Made by a program: the position numbers and the translations under genes. A stretch of 58,632 nt of DNA from a virus. Its lineage: Duplodnaviria; Caudoviricetes. A model generated the notes under the pieces. That model did not search any database. It was not told the origin of the DNA and saw only the letters and a list, made by a program, of their open reading frames with translations. The stretch lies in IMG/VR virus record IMGVR_UViG_3300011118_002165, positions 1-58,632 of that record, one strand, 5' to 3'. Positions 1-8,366 of the stretch are shown piece by piece (position 1 is the stretch's first letter; each line of letters opens with the position of its first letter).

Positions 1-36
1 TCGCCAGGAGGCGCTTTTGTCGAAGACAGCGGGCGA

Positions 37-62
37 TCCGCCTTCGCTGAAGCTACGGCGGA
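37..62. repeat. REP-like palindrome TCCGCCTTCGCTGAAGCTACGGCGGA
   Basis: TCCGCC/GGCGGA arms around an inner GCT-GA-AGC hairpin; resembles the widespread CCGCCTTCGCTAAAGCTACGGCGG extragenic palindrome family; single copy in window. Confidence 0.5.
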
Positions 63-550
63 CAGGTGAGATTTCGCTTCGCGGCGCCTTCGGCGTGAAC
101 TCACGACATTCACGTTGGCAACGGGGAACGGTGGTTTGTATCCGTTGTCCGTGTAAACCGTTATGGGAGGCGTCGCGACTCGGTGACCAACTTGGTGCCA
201 AGCCCGTATTCTCGGGCAAAGCACTGCATGAGAAGCGCTTAAGCACTAGGTCCGTGGAGCGCGCCAAGCTACGAATGACCGCTTCCGCTTGGGAAGGGGC
301 GGGCATCCGGATTACATGGCGCCCCACCCCGAGGTGGGGCAGTCTTGCTCGCCGTTGCCAGGCTGTGCCACGCGGACTGGGGGCAGACGAAGGCCAGAGG
401 CGTTCATGATCCCCGTTTCTCGTCTTTTTTTCTCGGCGATATGCATGGATTGGCACGCTGGCATATAGCGATCGCAAAAGCATAATAAACAAGGATTTGC
501 GTTCAATTCGGCAGTAGGGACGAGGTGGCTATGGGCAGCGAAGGCAATGG

Positions 551-569
551 TCAGTACATATGCTACTGA
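551..569. promoter_or_regulatory. Palindromic operator O1, TCAGTA-N7-TACTGA
   Basis: tcagta-catatgc-tactga; same arms recur at 611-629. Confidence 0.65.
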
Positions 570-580
570 CAACAACATGC

Positions 581-609
581 TTGACTGCGGCCGCCTCGGC
601 GTCTAGTAT
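581..609 (+). promoter_or_regulatory. sigma70 promoter of the defence operon, probably leaderless mRNA
   Basis: TTGACT (581-586), 17-nt spacer, TAGTAT (604-609); ATG at 616 lies 7 nt after the -10 with no SD. Confidence 0.7.
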
Positions 610-610
610 A

Positions 611-629
611 TCAGTATGACGCGTACTGA
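611..629. promoter_or_regulatory. Palindromic operator O2, TCAGTA-N7-TACTGA, over the start codon
   Basis: tcagta-tgacgcg-tactga overlapping the predicted TSS/ATG at 616. Confidence 0.65.
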
Positions 630-1224
630 CGACAGATCGGCGCCACGAGCTGAGTTGCTCGAAGTTGCTCACGTGCAACCGGGTTATCTGAGCCGTAGCC
701 GGGTCCGCGCCTTGCGGAGCGGCACGCACCGGCTTCTGCAAGCCAGAGACGTCTCGCCCGAGGGCGGGGTGCAGGTTGATGCCGCGATCCGCTTCCGGCC
801 CGAGCGGAACCCGGACCTCTACCGCGTCTCGCGGGGCGACATCCTTGTTGTGGCTCGGGGACAGGACCACCGGGCGTGCCTCGTCACGGTTGATCTGGTG
901 GACACGCTTGCATCCAGCGTCTTCTACATCATTCGGCCTCAGGAGCAGGTCGTGCTTCCAGGCTTCCTCGCGTGGTGGTTGAATCGGCCTCGCGTCCAGG
1001 CGGAGATCAGGTCACAGTCTCGCGGCACGGGGATTGGCTACATCAGCCGACAGACCATCGAGCACCTGCCGGTGGTGCTACCATCGCTCCGCGTGCAGCG
1101 GGGAATCTCGGAAGCTGTCAGTCTTTGGCAGAAGAAGCAGGTGCTTCAGGCCAGCCTCGACGAGAAGCGCGAGCAGTTGATCCACGCCATCTGCCGCCAG
1201 GCAGTTCGGCAGGACAAGGAATAG
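616..1224 (+). CDS. Type I R-M specificity-subunit-like protein (single TRD, half HsdS)
   Basis: GDILVVARG, FLAWWLN, GTGIGYISRQTIEHLPVVLPSLRVQRGI and C-terminal helix typical of an HsdS TRD plus conserved region; directly upstream of hsdM. Confidence 0.75.
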   Translation: MTRTDDRSAPRAELLEVAHVQPGYLSRSRVRALRSGTHRLLQARDVSPEGGVQVDAAIRFRPERNPDLYRVSRGDILVVARGQDHRACLVTVDLVDTLASSVFYIIRPQEQVVLPGFLAWWLNRPRVQAEIRSQSRGTGIGYISRQTIEHLPVVLPSLRVQRGISEAVSLWQKKQVLQASLDEKREQLIHAICRQAVRQDKE

Positions 1225-1227
1225 CCC

Positions 1228-2811
1228 ATGACCCAGACGGTATCCCAGAAAGAAATCAACGACATCCTCTGGCAGGCGTGCGACACTTTCCGGGGGACGC
1301 TCGACCCGACGCAGTACAAGGACTACATCCTTGTGATGTTGTTCATCAAGTACATGTCCGACCTCTGGAAGGACAAGCGCGAGCAGTACCTCAAGCAGTA
1401 CAGGGGGGACGAAAGACGCGTGGCGCGGGCCCTCGGCCGTGAGCGATTCGTCATGCCCCCCGTCGAGCTCAAGGACAAGAAGACCGGGGACGTCGAAGAG
1501 ACCTTTCCCGCCAGCTTCGATGCCCTCTACGATCGCCGCACGCGATCCAACATCGGCGAGCTGATCAACATCGCCCTTGAGGCCATCGAGGACGCTAACA
1601 AGGCGAAGCTAGAGAACGTCTTCCGCAACATCGACTTCAACTCTGAGCCGAACCTAGGCCAGGCCAAGGACCGCAACCGCCGGCTCAACCACCTGCTGGA
1701 GGACTTTGCCAAGCCGCAGCTCGACCTGCGCCCCAGCCGGATCGGCAACCAGGACGTCATCGGCAACGCCTACGAGTATCTGATCAGCCGTTTCGCCGCC
1801 GACTCCGGCAAGAAGGGCGGGGAATTCTACACCCCCGGCGAAGTCGCCACGCTCCTTGCCAGGCTGCTCAAGGCCGAGCCCGGCAACACGATCTGCGACC
1901 CCGCCTGCGGGTCCGGGTCTCTTCTTATCCGCGTGGCCAAGGAAATCGGCTCGCCCAACTTCGCTGTCTTCGGCCAGGAATCCAACGGCAGCACGTGGGC
2001 GCTGTGCCGGATGAACATGTTCCTCCACGCCATGGACAACGCCCGTATCGAGTGGTGCAACACCATCACCAGCCCCCACCTTGTCGAGGCCGATCGCCTG
2101 CTCAAGTTCAACGTGGTGGTCGCCAATCCGCCGTTCAGCCTCGACAAATGGGGCCAGGACCACGCCGAGAACGATCCGTATAACCGCTTCTGGCGCGGCA
2201 TCCCGCCCAAGAGCAAGGGCGACTACGCCTTCATCAGCCACATGGTGGAGACCGCCCTCGAAGATCAAGGGCGTGTTGGCGTGATCGTCCCCCACGGCGT
2301 GCTGTTCCGGGGTGGGGCCGAAGGCAAGATCCGCCAGAAGCTCATCGAGGACAACCTGCTGGAGGCCGTCATCGGCCTGCCGGCGAACCTGTTCTTCGGC
2401 ACGGGCATCCCGGCCGCCATCGTGGTCTTCAACAAAGCCCGCAAGCCGTGGGCCGGGGCCCGCTCCCAGCGCGACAAGCACATCCTCTTCATCGATGCCA
2501 GCAGGGAATACGAGGACATCAAGAACCAGAACCGCCTCCGGGACGAGGACATCGCCAAGATCGTCGCCACGTTCGACGCCTTCAAGCCGGTCGACAAATA
2601 CGCCTACCCCGCCACGCTCGCCGAGATCAAGGAGAACGAGTTCAACCTGAACATCCCGCGCTACGTGGACACCTTCGAGCCCGAGCCCGAGGTCGACATC
2701 CCGGCTGTGCAGAAGGAAATTGCCGCACTAGAGGGCGAACTCGCCGCCGTGGAGAAGGAACTGGCCGGGCATCTGAAGGAATTGGGCTTGGCCTCGAAAG
2801 GGGGAGCGTAG
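1228..2811 (+). CDS. hsdM: Type I R-M N6-adenine methyltransferase subunit
   Basis: LWQACDTFRG N-terminus, GEFYTP, DPACGSGSLL (motif I), NPPF (motif IV), FNLNIPRYVD. Confidence 0.97.
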   Translation: MTQTVSQKEINDILWQACDTFRGTLDPTQYKDYILVMLFIKYMSDLWKDKREQYLKQYRGDERRVARALGRERFVMPPVELKDKKTGDVEETFPASFDALYDRRTRSNIGELINIALEAIEDANKAKLENVFRNIDFNSEPNLGQAKDRNRRLNHLLEDFAKPQLDLRPSRIGNQDVIGNAYEYLISRFAADSGKKGGEFYTPGEVATLLARLLKAEPGNTICDPACGSGSLLIRVAKEIGSPNFAVFGQESNGSTWALCRMNMFLHAMDNARIEWCNTITSPHLVEADRLLKFNVVVANPPFSLDKWGQDHAENDPYNRFWRGIPPKSKGDYAFISHMVETALEDQGRVGVIVPHGVLFRGGAEGKIRQKLIEDNLLEAVIGLPANLFFGTGIPAAIVVFNKARKPWAGARSQRDKHILFIDASREYEDIKNQNRLRDEDIAKIVATFDAFKPVDKYAYPATLAEIKENEFNLNIPRYVDTFEPEPEVDIPAVQKEIAALEGELAAVEKELAGHLKELGLASKGGA

Positions 2812-2812
2812 C

Positions 2813-3958
2813 ATGGCCGCACGCCCGAAGATCAAGGAAGCGAAACGCTGCATGCTCTGGGGCCGAGCTGCGGGCCGATGCGAGCTCTGCAACCAGCCTG
2901 TCTCGTGGAATCCGCAGACCAAGGAGGACGTGAATGTCGCAGAGGCCGCGCACATCATCGGCTTCAGCGCGGATGGCCCACGCGGCGAAGACGACCTTTC
3001 CGTAGAGCTCGCCGAAGACCTCAGTAACCTCATGCTGATGTGCCGAGTGTGCCACAAGACCATCGACGCAAATCCTGACCAGTATCCAGTCGAGCGATTG
3101 CGCAGAATGAAGCGTGCCCACGAAGATCGCGTCGATCTCGTAACCGCCATCGGCCAGGAACGTGGCAGTCACATCCTTCTCTACGGGGCCAACGTCGGCG
3201 ATCACAACCCGCAGGTGTCATACCAAGTGACTGCCCCAGCACTGATTCCTGACGACCGCTATCCGGCCAGCCGAACGCCCCTCACCTTGAGCATGGCCAA
3301 CAGCACCTTCCGCGACCGAACCAGTGAGTTCTGGCGCATCGAATCGCAACAGCTTCGGGCGATGATCGTCCAGCAGGTAAAGCCGCGACTGCGACCCGGC
3401 GACATTGAGCATCTGTCGATCTTCGCCGTTGCCCCGCAACCTCTGCTGGTTCTCCTGGGTTACCTGCTCTGCGACATCAACTATAGCGCCCGCGTTTACC
3501 AACTCCACCGCGAGCCGCCCGGATGGGGCTGGCAGGGCCACCCGAACGGATTCGACTACACCATCGAGCGTCCCAGCGGCGCAACAGGCCAGCCCGCGCT
3601 GGTGCTGGCGCTCAGTGCCCCGGTCACAAACGACCGCGTGACGAGCAAGATCGGCGACGATGCCGCCATCTGGCGGGTCACGATCGACAATCCTGACAAC
3701 GATTATCTGAAATCCGCACTGCAGCTTCAGCAGTTTCGCAGGCTGGTCCCGGGGCTCCTTGATGAAATCAAGAACCACTACCCCGTCGGCACGCCGCTGA
3801 ACGTGTTCCCGGCCGCGCCGGTGTCGGTCTGCGTGGAACTCGGCCGGGCCATTCAGCCCAAAGCCCACATGCCCCTACGCCTGTGGGACGAAAACAAGAA
3901 CCTGGGCGGGTTCATCCACGCCTTTGACATCAACGCGACGAACGGGGGTGACCAATGA
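2813..3958 (+). CDS. CBASS effector, HNH endonuclease-SAVED fusion (Cap5-like)
   Basis: N-terminal CELC...EAAHII...NLMLMCRVCHKTID HNH; C-terminal SAVED motifs (SIFAVAPQPLLVLLG, YQLHREP.GW.W, VFPAAPVSVCVELGR); overlaps the CD-NTase start. Confidence 0.9.
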   Translation: MAARPKIKEAKRCMLWGRAAGRCELCNQPVSWNPQTKEDVNVAEAAHIIGFSADGPRGEDDLSVELAEDLSNLMLMCRVCHKTIDANPDQYPVERLRRMKRAHEDRVDLVTAIGQERGSHILLYGANVGDHNPQVSYQVTAPALIPDDRYPASRTPLTLSMANSTFRDRTSEFWRIESQQLRAMIVQQVKPRLRPGDIEHLSIFAVAPQPLLVLLGYLLCDINYSARVYQLHREPPGWGWQGHPNGFDYTIERPSGATGQPALVLALSAPVTNDRVTSKIGDDAAIWRVTIDNPDNDYLKSALQLQQFRRLVPGLLDEIKNHYPVGTPLNVFPAAPVSVCVELGRAIQPKAHMPLRLWDENKNLGGFIHAFDINATNGGDQ

Positions 3959-5640
3959 CTGTCCAAGAGCAGGTTCTCAACGACGTGCTGAATCAGGTCG
4001 CCATCGAGCTCGACATTCCGCCCCACAAATACAAAGAGGCGATGGAGCGATTCGATGCCATCAAGCGGCATCTTGAGGACGGTGACTACCCAGGCTCATC
4101 GCCGCCGCCCAGCATCTACCTTCAGGGCTCGTTCCGGTTGGGCACGGTCATCCGCCCGACCAAAGGCGGCAAAGACTGCGGCTTCGATATCGACATCGTC
4201 TGCGAGGTCAAGAGAAGCAAAGACGGAGACGACCCGGAGGAATTGAAGAATGATGTCGGTGACGAGGTGAAAGCCTATGCCAGGGCAAACAGCATGGCAC
4301 GCCCAAAGGACGGCCGGCGGTGCTGGGCCCTGAACTACGCACCTGACAGTGAAGGCATCGGGTTCCACGTCGATGTCCTTCCTTGCCTGCCGGATACTGC
4401 CGCTGGCAAGCAGATCCTGGAGGCGAACTCCGCTACCGGCGCGACCGGCTGGGCGTACCTTCAGACAACGGTCGCGATCACGAATCGCGATGACGATGCG
4501 AATCCGCCCGAGTACGACTGGCGATCTAGCAATCCCATTGGCTTTGCCAACTGGTTCAACGAAATCTGCCTACCGGGCTACGCCCATATAGACAACCGGC
4601 GACAGAAGGAGCTGCTGTTCGAAGCCCATGGCCAGCGACAGAACTTCCCCTTCAGCCGAGCCGACGACATCCCCGACGCCTTGGTTCGGACGCCCCTCCA
4701 GCGAGCCATCCAGATCATGAAGCGCCACCGCGATGTCCGTTTCAGCGGCTGCCAGGACGAGAAGCACAAGCCAATCTCCATGATCATCACGACGCTGGCT
4801 GCACGGCTCTATCAGGGGCGGGCCGATCTGTATCAGACGACTCGGTCAGTCCTCCAGTTCATTGTCGAGACTCTGGCGCAGCACGTAGCTCTCGTGGACA
4901 ACCGGGCCCTGCTAGAAGACATTGGCCGGATGCAGCTTATCCGGCGTGTTGGTGACAAGTGGTACATCCCCAACCCGGTGAATCCCCACAATCCTGGCGA
5001 CCCGGACGATAAGGGCGAGAACTTCGCCGACCGATGGCACGAAGACAACCACGCCAACGCCAAGGCCTTCTTCCAGTGGGTCGGCTGGCTTAAGGCCGAC
5101 CTCGACGGTCTGCTCAACAGCAGCGACCTCCGTGGCATGAAGGGCACGCTCAGTGAGGCCTTCGGCGATACCGTCGCAACCCGTACACTTGCCCGGCTTG
5201 GTGTCACGTCCAGCAGCGACAGGGCCGGTACATTGGTTCAGGCAAGTCCGACGGTTCTATCGAAGTTCGACGTCCCGCACCGTCAGAAGCCGACGTGGCC
5301 CAGCCGCTTCACGCATGACGTGACGATTGAGGGCCGGGCCACGCGGAACGGCTGGCGCACCCTAGTCTCCACCAGCGGATTCCGCAAGATCGCCAAACAC
5401 TACTCGCTCACATTCAAGGCCAAGACCAGTGTCCCGTGGCCGTACGAGGTGCACTGGCAGGTGGTAAACACCGGCGACGAGGCACGCCGGTGTAACCAAC
5501 TCCGTGGCACCATCTTCGCCGGGGATGACGTGCGCCATGAGCGCACCGAATACACCGGATTTCACTGGATCGAGTGCTTCATCGTCAAGGATGGCGTTCT
5601 CGTGGCGCGTAGCGGGGAGTTCGTGGTGAACATCGAGTAG
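3955..5640 (+). CDS. cGAS/DncV-like nucleotidyltransferase (CD-NTase, SMODS) with C-terminal AGS-C domain
   Basis: QGSFRLGTVIRP...FDIDIV, FHVDVLP, SNPIGFANWF, LQRAIQIMKRHRD, PISMIITTL, NPVNP..ENFADRW; C-terminal WQVVNTGDEA...LRG...ERTEYTGFHWIECFIVK. Confidence 0.93.
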   Translation: MTVQEQVLNDVLNQVAIELDIPPHKYKEAMERFDAIKRHLEDGDYPGSSPPPSIYLQGSFRLGTVIRPTKGGKDCGFDIDIVCEVKRSKDGDDPEELKNDVGDEVKAYARANSMARPKDGRRCWALNYAPDSEGIGFHVDVLPCLPDTAAGKQILEANSATGATGWAYLQTTVAITNRDDDANPPEYDWRSSNPIGFANWFNEICLPGYAHIDNRRQKELLFEAHGQRQNFPFSRADDIPDALVRTPLQRAIQIMKRHRDVRFSGCQDEKHKPISMIITTLAARLYQGRADLYQTTRSVLQFIVETLAQHVALVDNRALLEDIGRMQLIRRVGDKWYIPNPVNPHNPGDPDDKGENFADRWHEDNHANAKAFFQWVGWLKADLDGLLNSSDLRGMKGTLSEAFGDTVATRTLARLGVTSSSDRAGTLVQASPTVLSKFDVPHRQKPTWPSRFTHDVTIEGRATRNGWRTLVSTSGFRKIAKHYSLTFKAKTSVPWPYEVHWQVVNTGDEARRCNQLRGTIFAGDDVRHERTEYTGFHWIECFIVKDGVLVARSGEFVVNIE

Positions 5641-5647
5641 AGGGAAC

Positions 5648-6889
5648 ATGACCCAGCCGAAGCAACTCCATCTTGGCGACCTGTTCCGATCCCGTCGGCA
5701 GAAGGGACGGCGGGGCCTGCCCGTCCTGTCGGTGACGATGAACGATGGGCTGGTTCATCGCGATACGCTGGAGCGGAAGACCAACGGCACGCTCGCGCCC
5801 GAGGACCACCTGCTCATCCGCAAGGGCGACATCGCCTACAACATGATGCGGATGTGGCAGGGCGCGTCCGGCCTGGCTGAGCAAGACGGCATTGTCAGCC
5901 CGGCCTACGTTGTTGTTGCACGCAAAGACGGGATCGACCCGCTGTTCGCCTCGTATTGGTTCAAGTCCGCCCGGATGGTCTATCTATTCTGGGCCTACTC
6001 CTACGGCATCACCGGCGACCGCTTGCGGCTGTACTACAAGGACTTCGCCAAGATTCCCGTCACCATCCCACCCAAGCCGGAGCAGGAACGCGTCGGGCGG
6101 ATACTGGCCACGGTGGATCGGGCGATTGAGCGGACGGCCCGGCTCATCGCGGCCAAGCGAAGGCTCAAGAAAGGCCTCGCCCAGCAACTGCTCACCGGCC
6201 AACGACGATTGCCGGGGTTCGGTGAACCAGCTGTCGAAGGAGAGACCGGCAAGGAATCGAGGTGCGGCCGGATTCCCTCGGACTGGGAATGTGTTCATCT
6301 TCGGGACATCTCCCGTCTGAACCCGGTCACGCTGCCTGAGTCGACGCCGAATGACTACTCCTTCCGGTATGTGGATCTCAGCATGGTAAAAGAGGGCGCG
6401 GTCGCCTTCCCGCCGGAGCAGATTCGTTTTCGTGATGCGCCGAGCCGGGCGCGTCGTGTTGTTTCCAAGGGCGACATCACCATGTCTACGGTTCGTCCGA
6501 ACTTGCGGGGGTACGCGATCTGGCCTGGCGAAGTTCATGACGTGGTGTGTTCCACAGGCTTCGCCGTGATACGCGTGACAGACGCCTCTGCGCAGTTCGT
6601 CTACCAGTGGCTCTACTCTACGCAGGTCGCACGCTATTTCTATGCGTGCATTGCTGGCACCGGCTATCCAGCACTGAGTCCTCGAGATGTCGAGAATACC
6701 GCAGTCCCGCAGCCACCCCAGGGTGAGCAGGACCGCATCGCCGACGTGCTGAGCGCGGCCGACCGGGAGATTGCCCTGCTCGGGAAGAAGCTCGCGGCGC
6801 TTGGCGAGCTCAAACGCGGCCTGATGCAGAGGTTGCTGGCGATGCCGGTGCCTGCTGCCCCAACCGATGGAGGGAACGCCCGTGGTTGA
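5648..6889 (+). CDS. hsdS: Type I R-M specificity subunit (two TRDs)
   Basis: Two TRDs, each followed by P..PEQ.RI and LKKGL.QQLL conserved regions; IPSDW linker. Confidence 0.92.
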   Translation: MTQPKQLHLGDLFRSRRQKGRRGLPVLSVTMNDGLVHRDTLERKTNGTLAPEDHLLIRKGDIAYNMMRMWQGASGLAEQDGIVSPAYVVVARKDGIDPLFASYWFKSARMVYLFWAYSYGITGDRLRLYYKDFAKIPVTIPPKPEQERVGRILATVDRAIERTARLIAAKRRLKKGLAQQLLTGQRRLPGFGEPAVEGETGKESRCGRIPSDWECVHLRDISRLNPVTLPESTPNDYSFRYVDLSMVKEGAVAFPPEQIRFRDAPSRARRVVSKGDITMSTVRPNLRGYAIWPGEVHDVVCSTGFAVIRVTDASAQFVYQWLYSTQVARYFYACIAGTGYPALSPRDVENTAVPQPPQGEQDRIADVLSAADREIALLGKKLAALGELKRGLMQRLLAMPVPAAPTDGGNARG

Positions 6890-8366
6890 CCTCACCGACT
6901 ACTCCGATCGGATTCTGGCGGCTGAAGACCGGCCTCTTTTCGAGGACGCCGTTGCAGCCGGTAAGGTCGGCGCGCTGCGGGCCGCCTACGTGATGATCTG
7001 GCTGGCTTGCGCCGAGTCCCTGAAGCGGCGATTCCGCGAGGCGCAGAAGCGTGACAGTGCAGCGGGCAAGACCGTCGGGGAGATCGAGGACAAGGAGAGG
7101 GATCACAAGGCGGTCGACAAGTTCGTCCTGGACAAAGCCCACGAATACGGCTTCCTCTCCGACTCCGGCCACACGGTTCTGAATCACGTGTACGAGATGC
7201 GCTGCTTCTACGGCCATCCTTATGAAGAGGCCCCGTCCCAGGAGCAGGTCTCGCACGCGGCGGCTATGGCAGTGGAACATGTCCTGTCTCAGCCGGTCAA
7301 GCTGCGGCACGGCTTCGGGAAGCTGCTGCTCAAGAACTTGCTGGCGGATCGAAGCTACCTAGACGACCAGCGGGCCGCGGTGGAGGCGTTCGCCAAAGAC
7401 ATCATCCCGAGGCTTGATGACAGCGTTCACGGTTGGCTGCTGGACGCCTACTGGGTGGACCTTGAGAAGACTGCCGACGATCCGTCGATGGCGGTGTTCG
7501 TTCGCCGCGGTATTTGGTTCTGCCGCACGATGCTGACGGAAGTTGGCGTCGGCGTGTTCTCTCGGGATGAATGGCACGAAAGGGTCAGCCGACACGCGAA
7601 GACACTGATGCGCGTCTGCAGCATCGCCGAGGTCTTCAGCGAGATCGGCAGACGCGCGCAGGACTCACTGGTCGGCGCAATCCTGACCGAGGCCGTCACG
7701 CGCGCCAGTGTACTCAAGCACCTGGAGAGACTCAGCGATGCCGGAGCGCTGTCCGAGCGGCAGCAAGAACGGTTCGCCGAACACGTCGCGAAGACGAAAT
7801 CAAGCAACCTGCGTTCGGCAGGCCTGAGAACGAGGACTTGCTTCAAGAAGCTGATCTCCGCGATGGGCTCGCACGACTGGTACGTGCAGAACCCGGCAAT
7901 CGATCTGGTCGTGTCGAACGGGCCCGGCCAAGCGTCAGAGCTCAATGAGAAGCAGCAGGTCGAGCTGGGCCGCAACATACTCCAAGCAGCTGAAGGGACC
8001 GCGAACTCCGCCGAGGAGTTCCTCCGCGAGTTGGTCAAGAACGCGACAGCTTGGCCGCATCACGTGGTTCGCGGGATCGCCCTGGAGACGTTCACCAACG
8101 AGAAGGACGAGATCCGATTCAAAGACCGCCATCTGGACGAGGTCTTGTCCGCACTTGCTCAGCTCAAGGCCACGCCACGGAAGCAAGTCATCGCCGAGAT
8201 CGCAGCATCGGTGGATGCCGGCACTCCAAAGGGAAGGGTCGATGAAGACGACTTCGAGGAAGTCATCGAAGCTCTGGCAAGCCATGCGTGGGCCACACCA
8301 CTGAAGAAGAGCCTCAAAGCCAAGGCGGTGTCACTGCCCGCCGAGGATGACCACGATGAGTCATGA
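6882..8366 (+). CDS. Hypothetical protein with N-terminal HEPN-like domain and helical C-terminus; putative defence effector
   Basis: ALRAAYVMIWLACAESL helix and EMRCFYGHP (R-x4-H); GTG start after GGAGG; overlaps both hsdS and hsdR. Confidence 0.6.
   Translation: MVDLTDYSDRILAAEDRPLFEDAVAAGKVGALRAAYVMIWLACAESLKRRFREAQKRDSAAGKTVGEIEDKERDHKAVDKFVLDKAHEYGFLSDSGHTVLNHVYEMRCFYGHPYEEAPSQEQVSHAAAMAVEHVLSQPVKLRHGFGKLLLKNLLADRSYLDDQRAAVEAFAKDIIPRLDDSVHGWLLDAYWVDLEKTADDPSMAVFVRRGIWFCRTMLTEVGVGVFSRDEWHERVSRHAKTLMRVCSIAEVFSEIGRRAQDSLVGAILTEAVTRASVLKHLERLSDAGALSERQQERFAEHVAKTKSSNLRSAGLRTRTCFKKLISAMGSHDWYVQNPAIDLVVSNGPGQASELNEKQQVELGRNILQAAEGTANSAEEFLRELVKNATAWPHHVVRGIALETFTNEKDEIRFKDRHLDEVLSALAQLKATPRKQVIAEIAASVDAGTPKGRVDEDDFEEVIEALASHAWATPLKKSLKAKAVSLPAEDDHDES

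Noticed and set aside
1-550. attL or tRNA integration site for the prophage
   Set aside because: No tRNA fold seen. The only match noticed to the post-integrase gap (53319-53383) is the 8-mer GCTACGGC, expected by chance at this GC content.
17-578. ORFs 17-409 (+) and 312-578 (-)
   Set aside because: No RBS, atypical composition, no recognisable motifs; the region looks intergenic.
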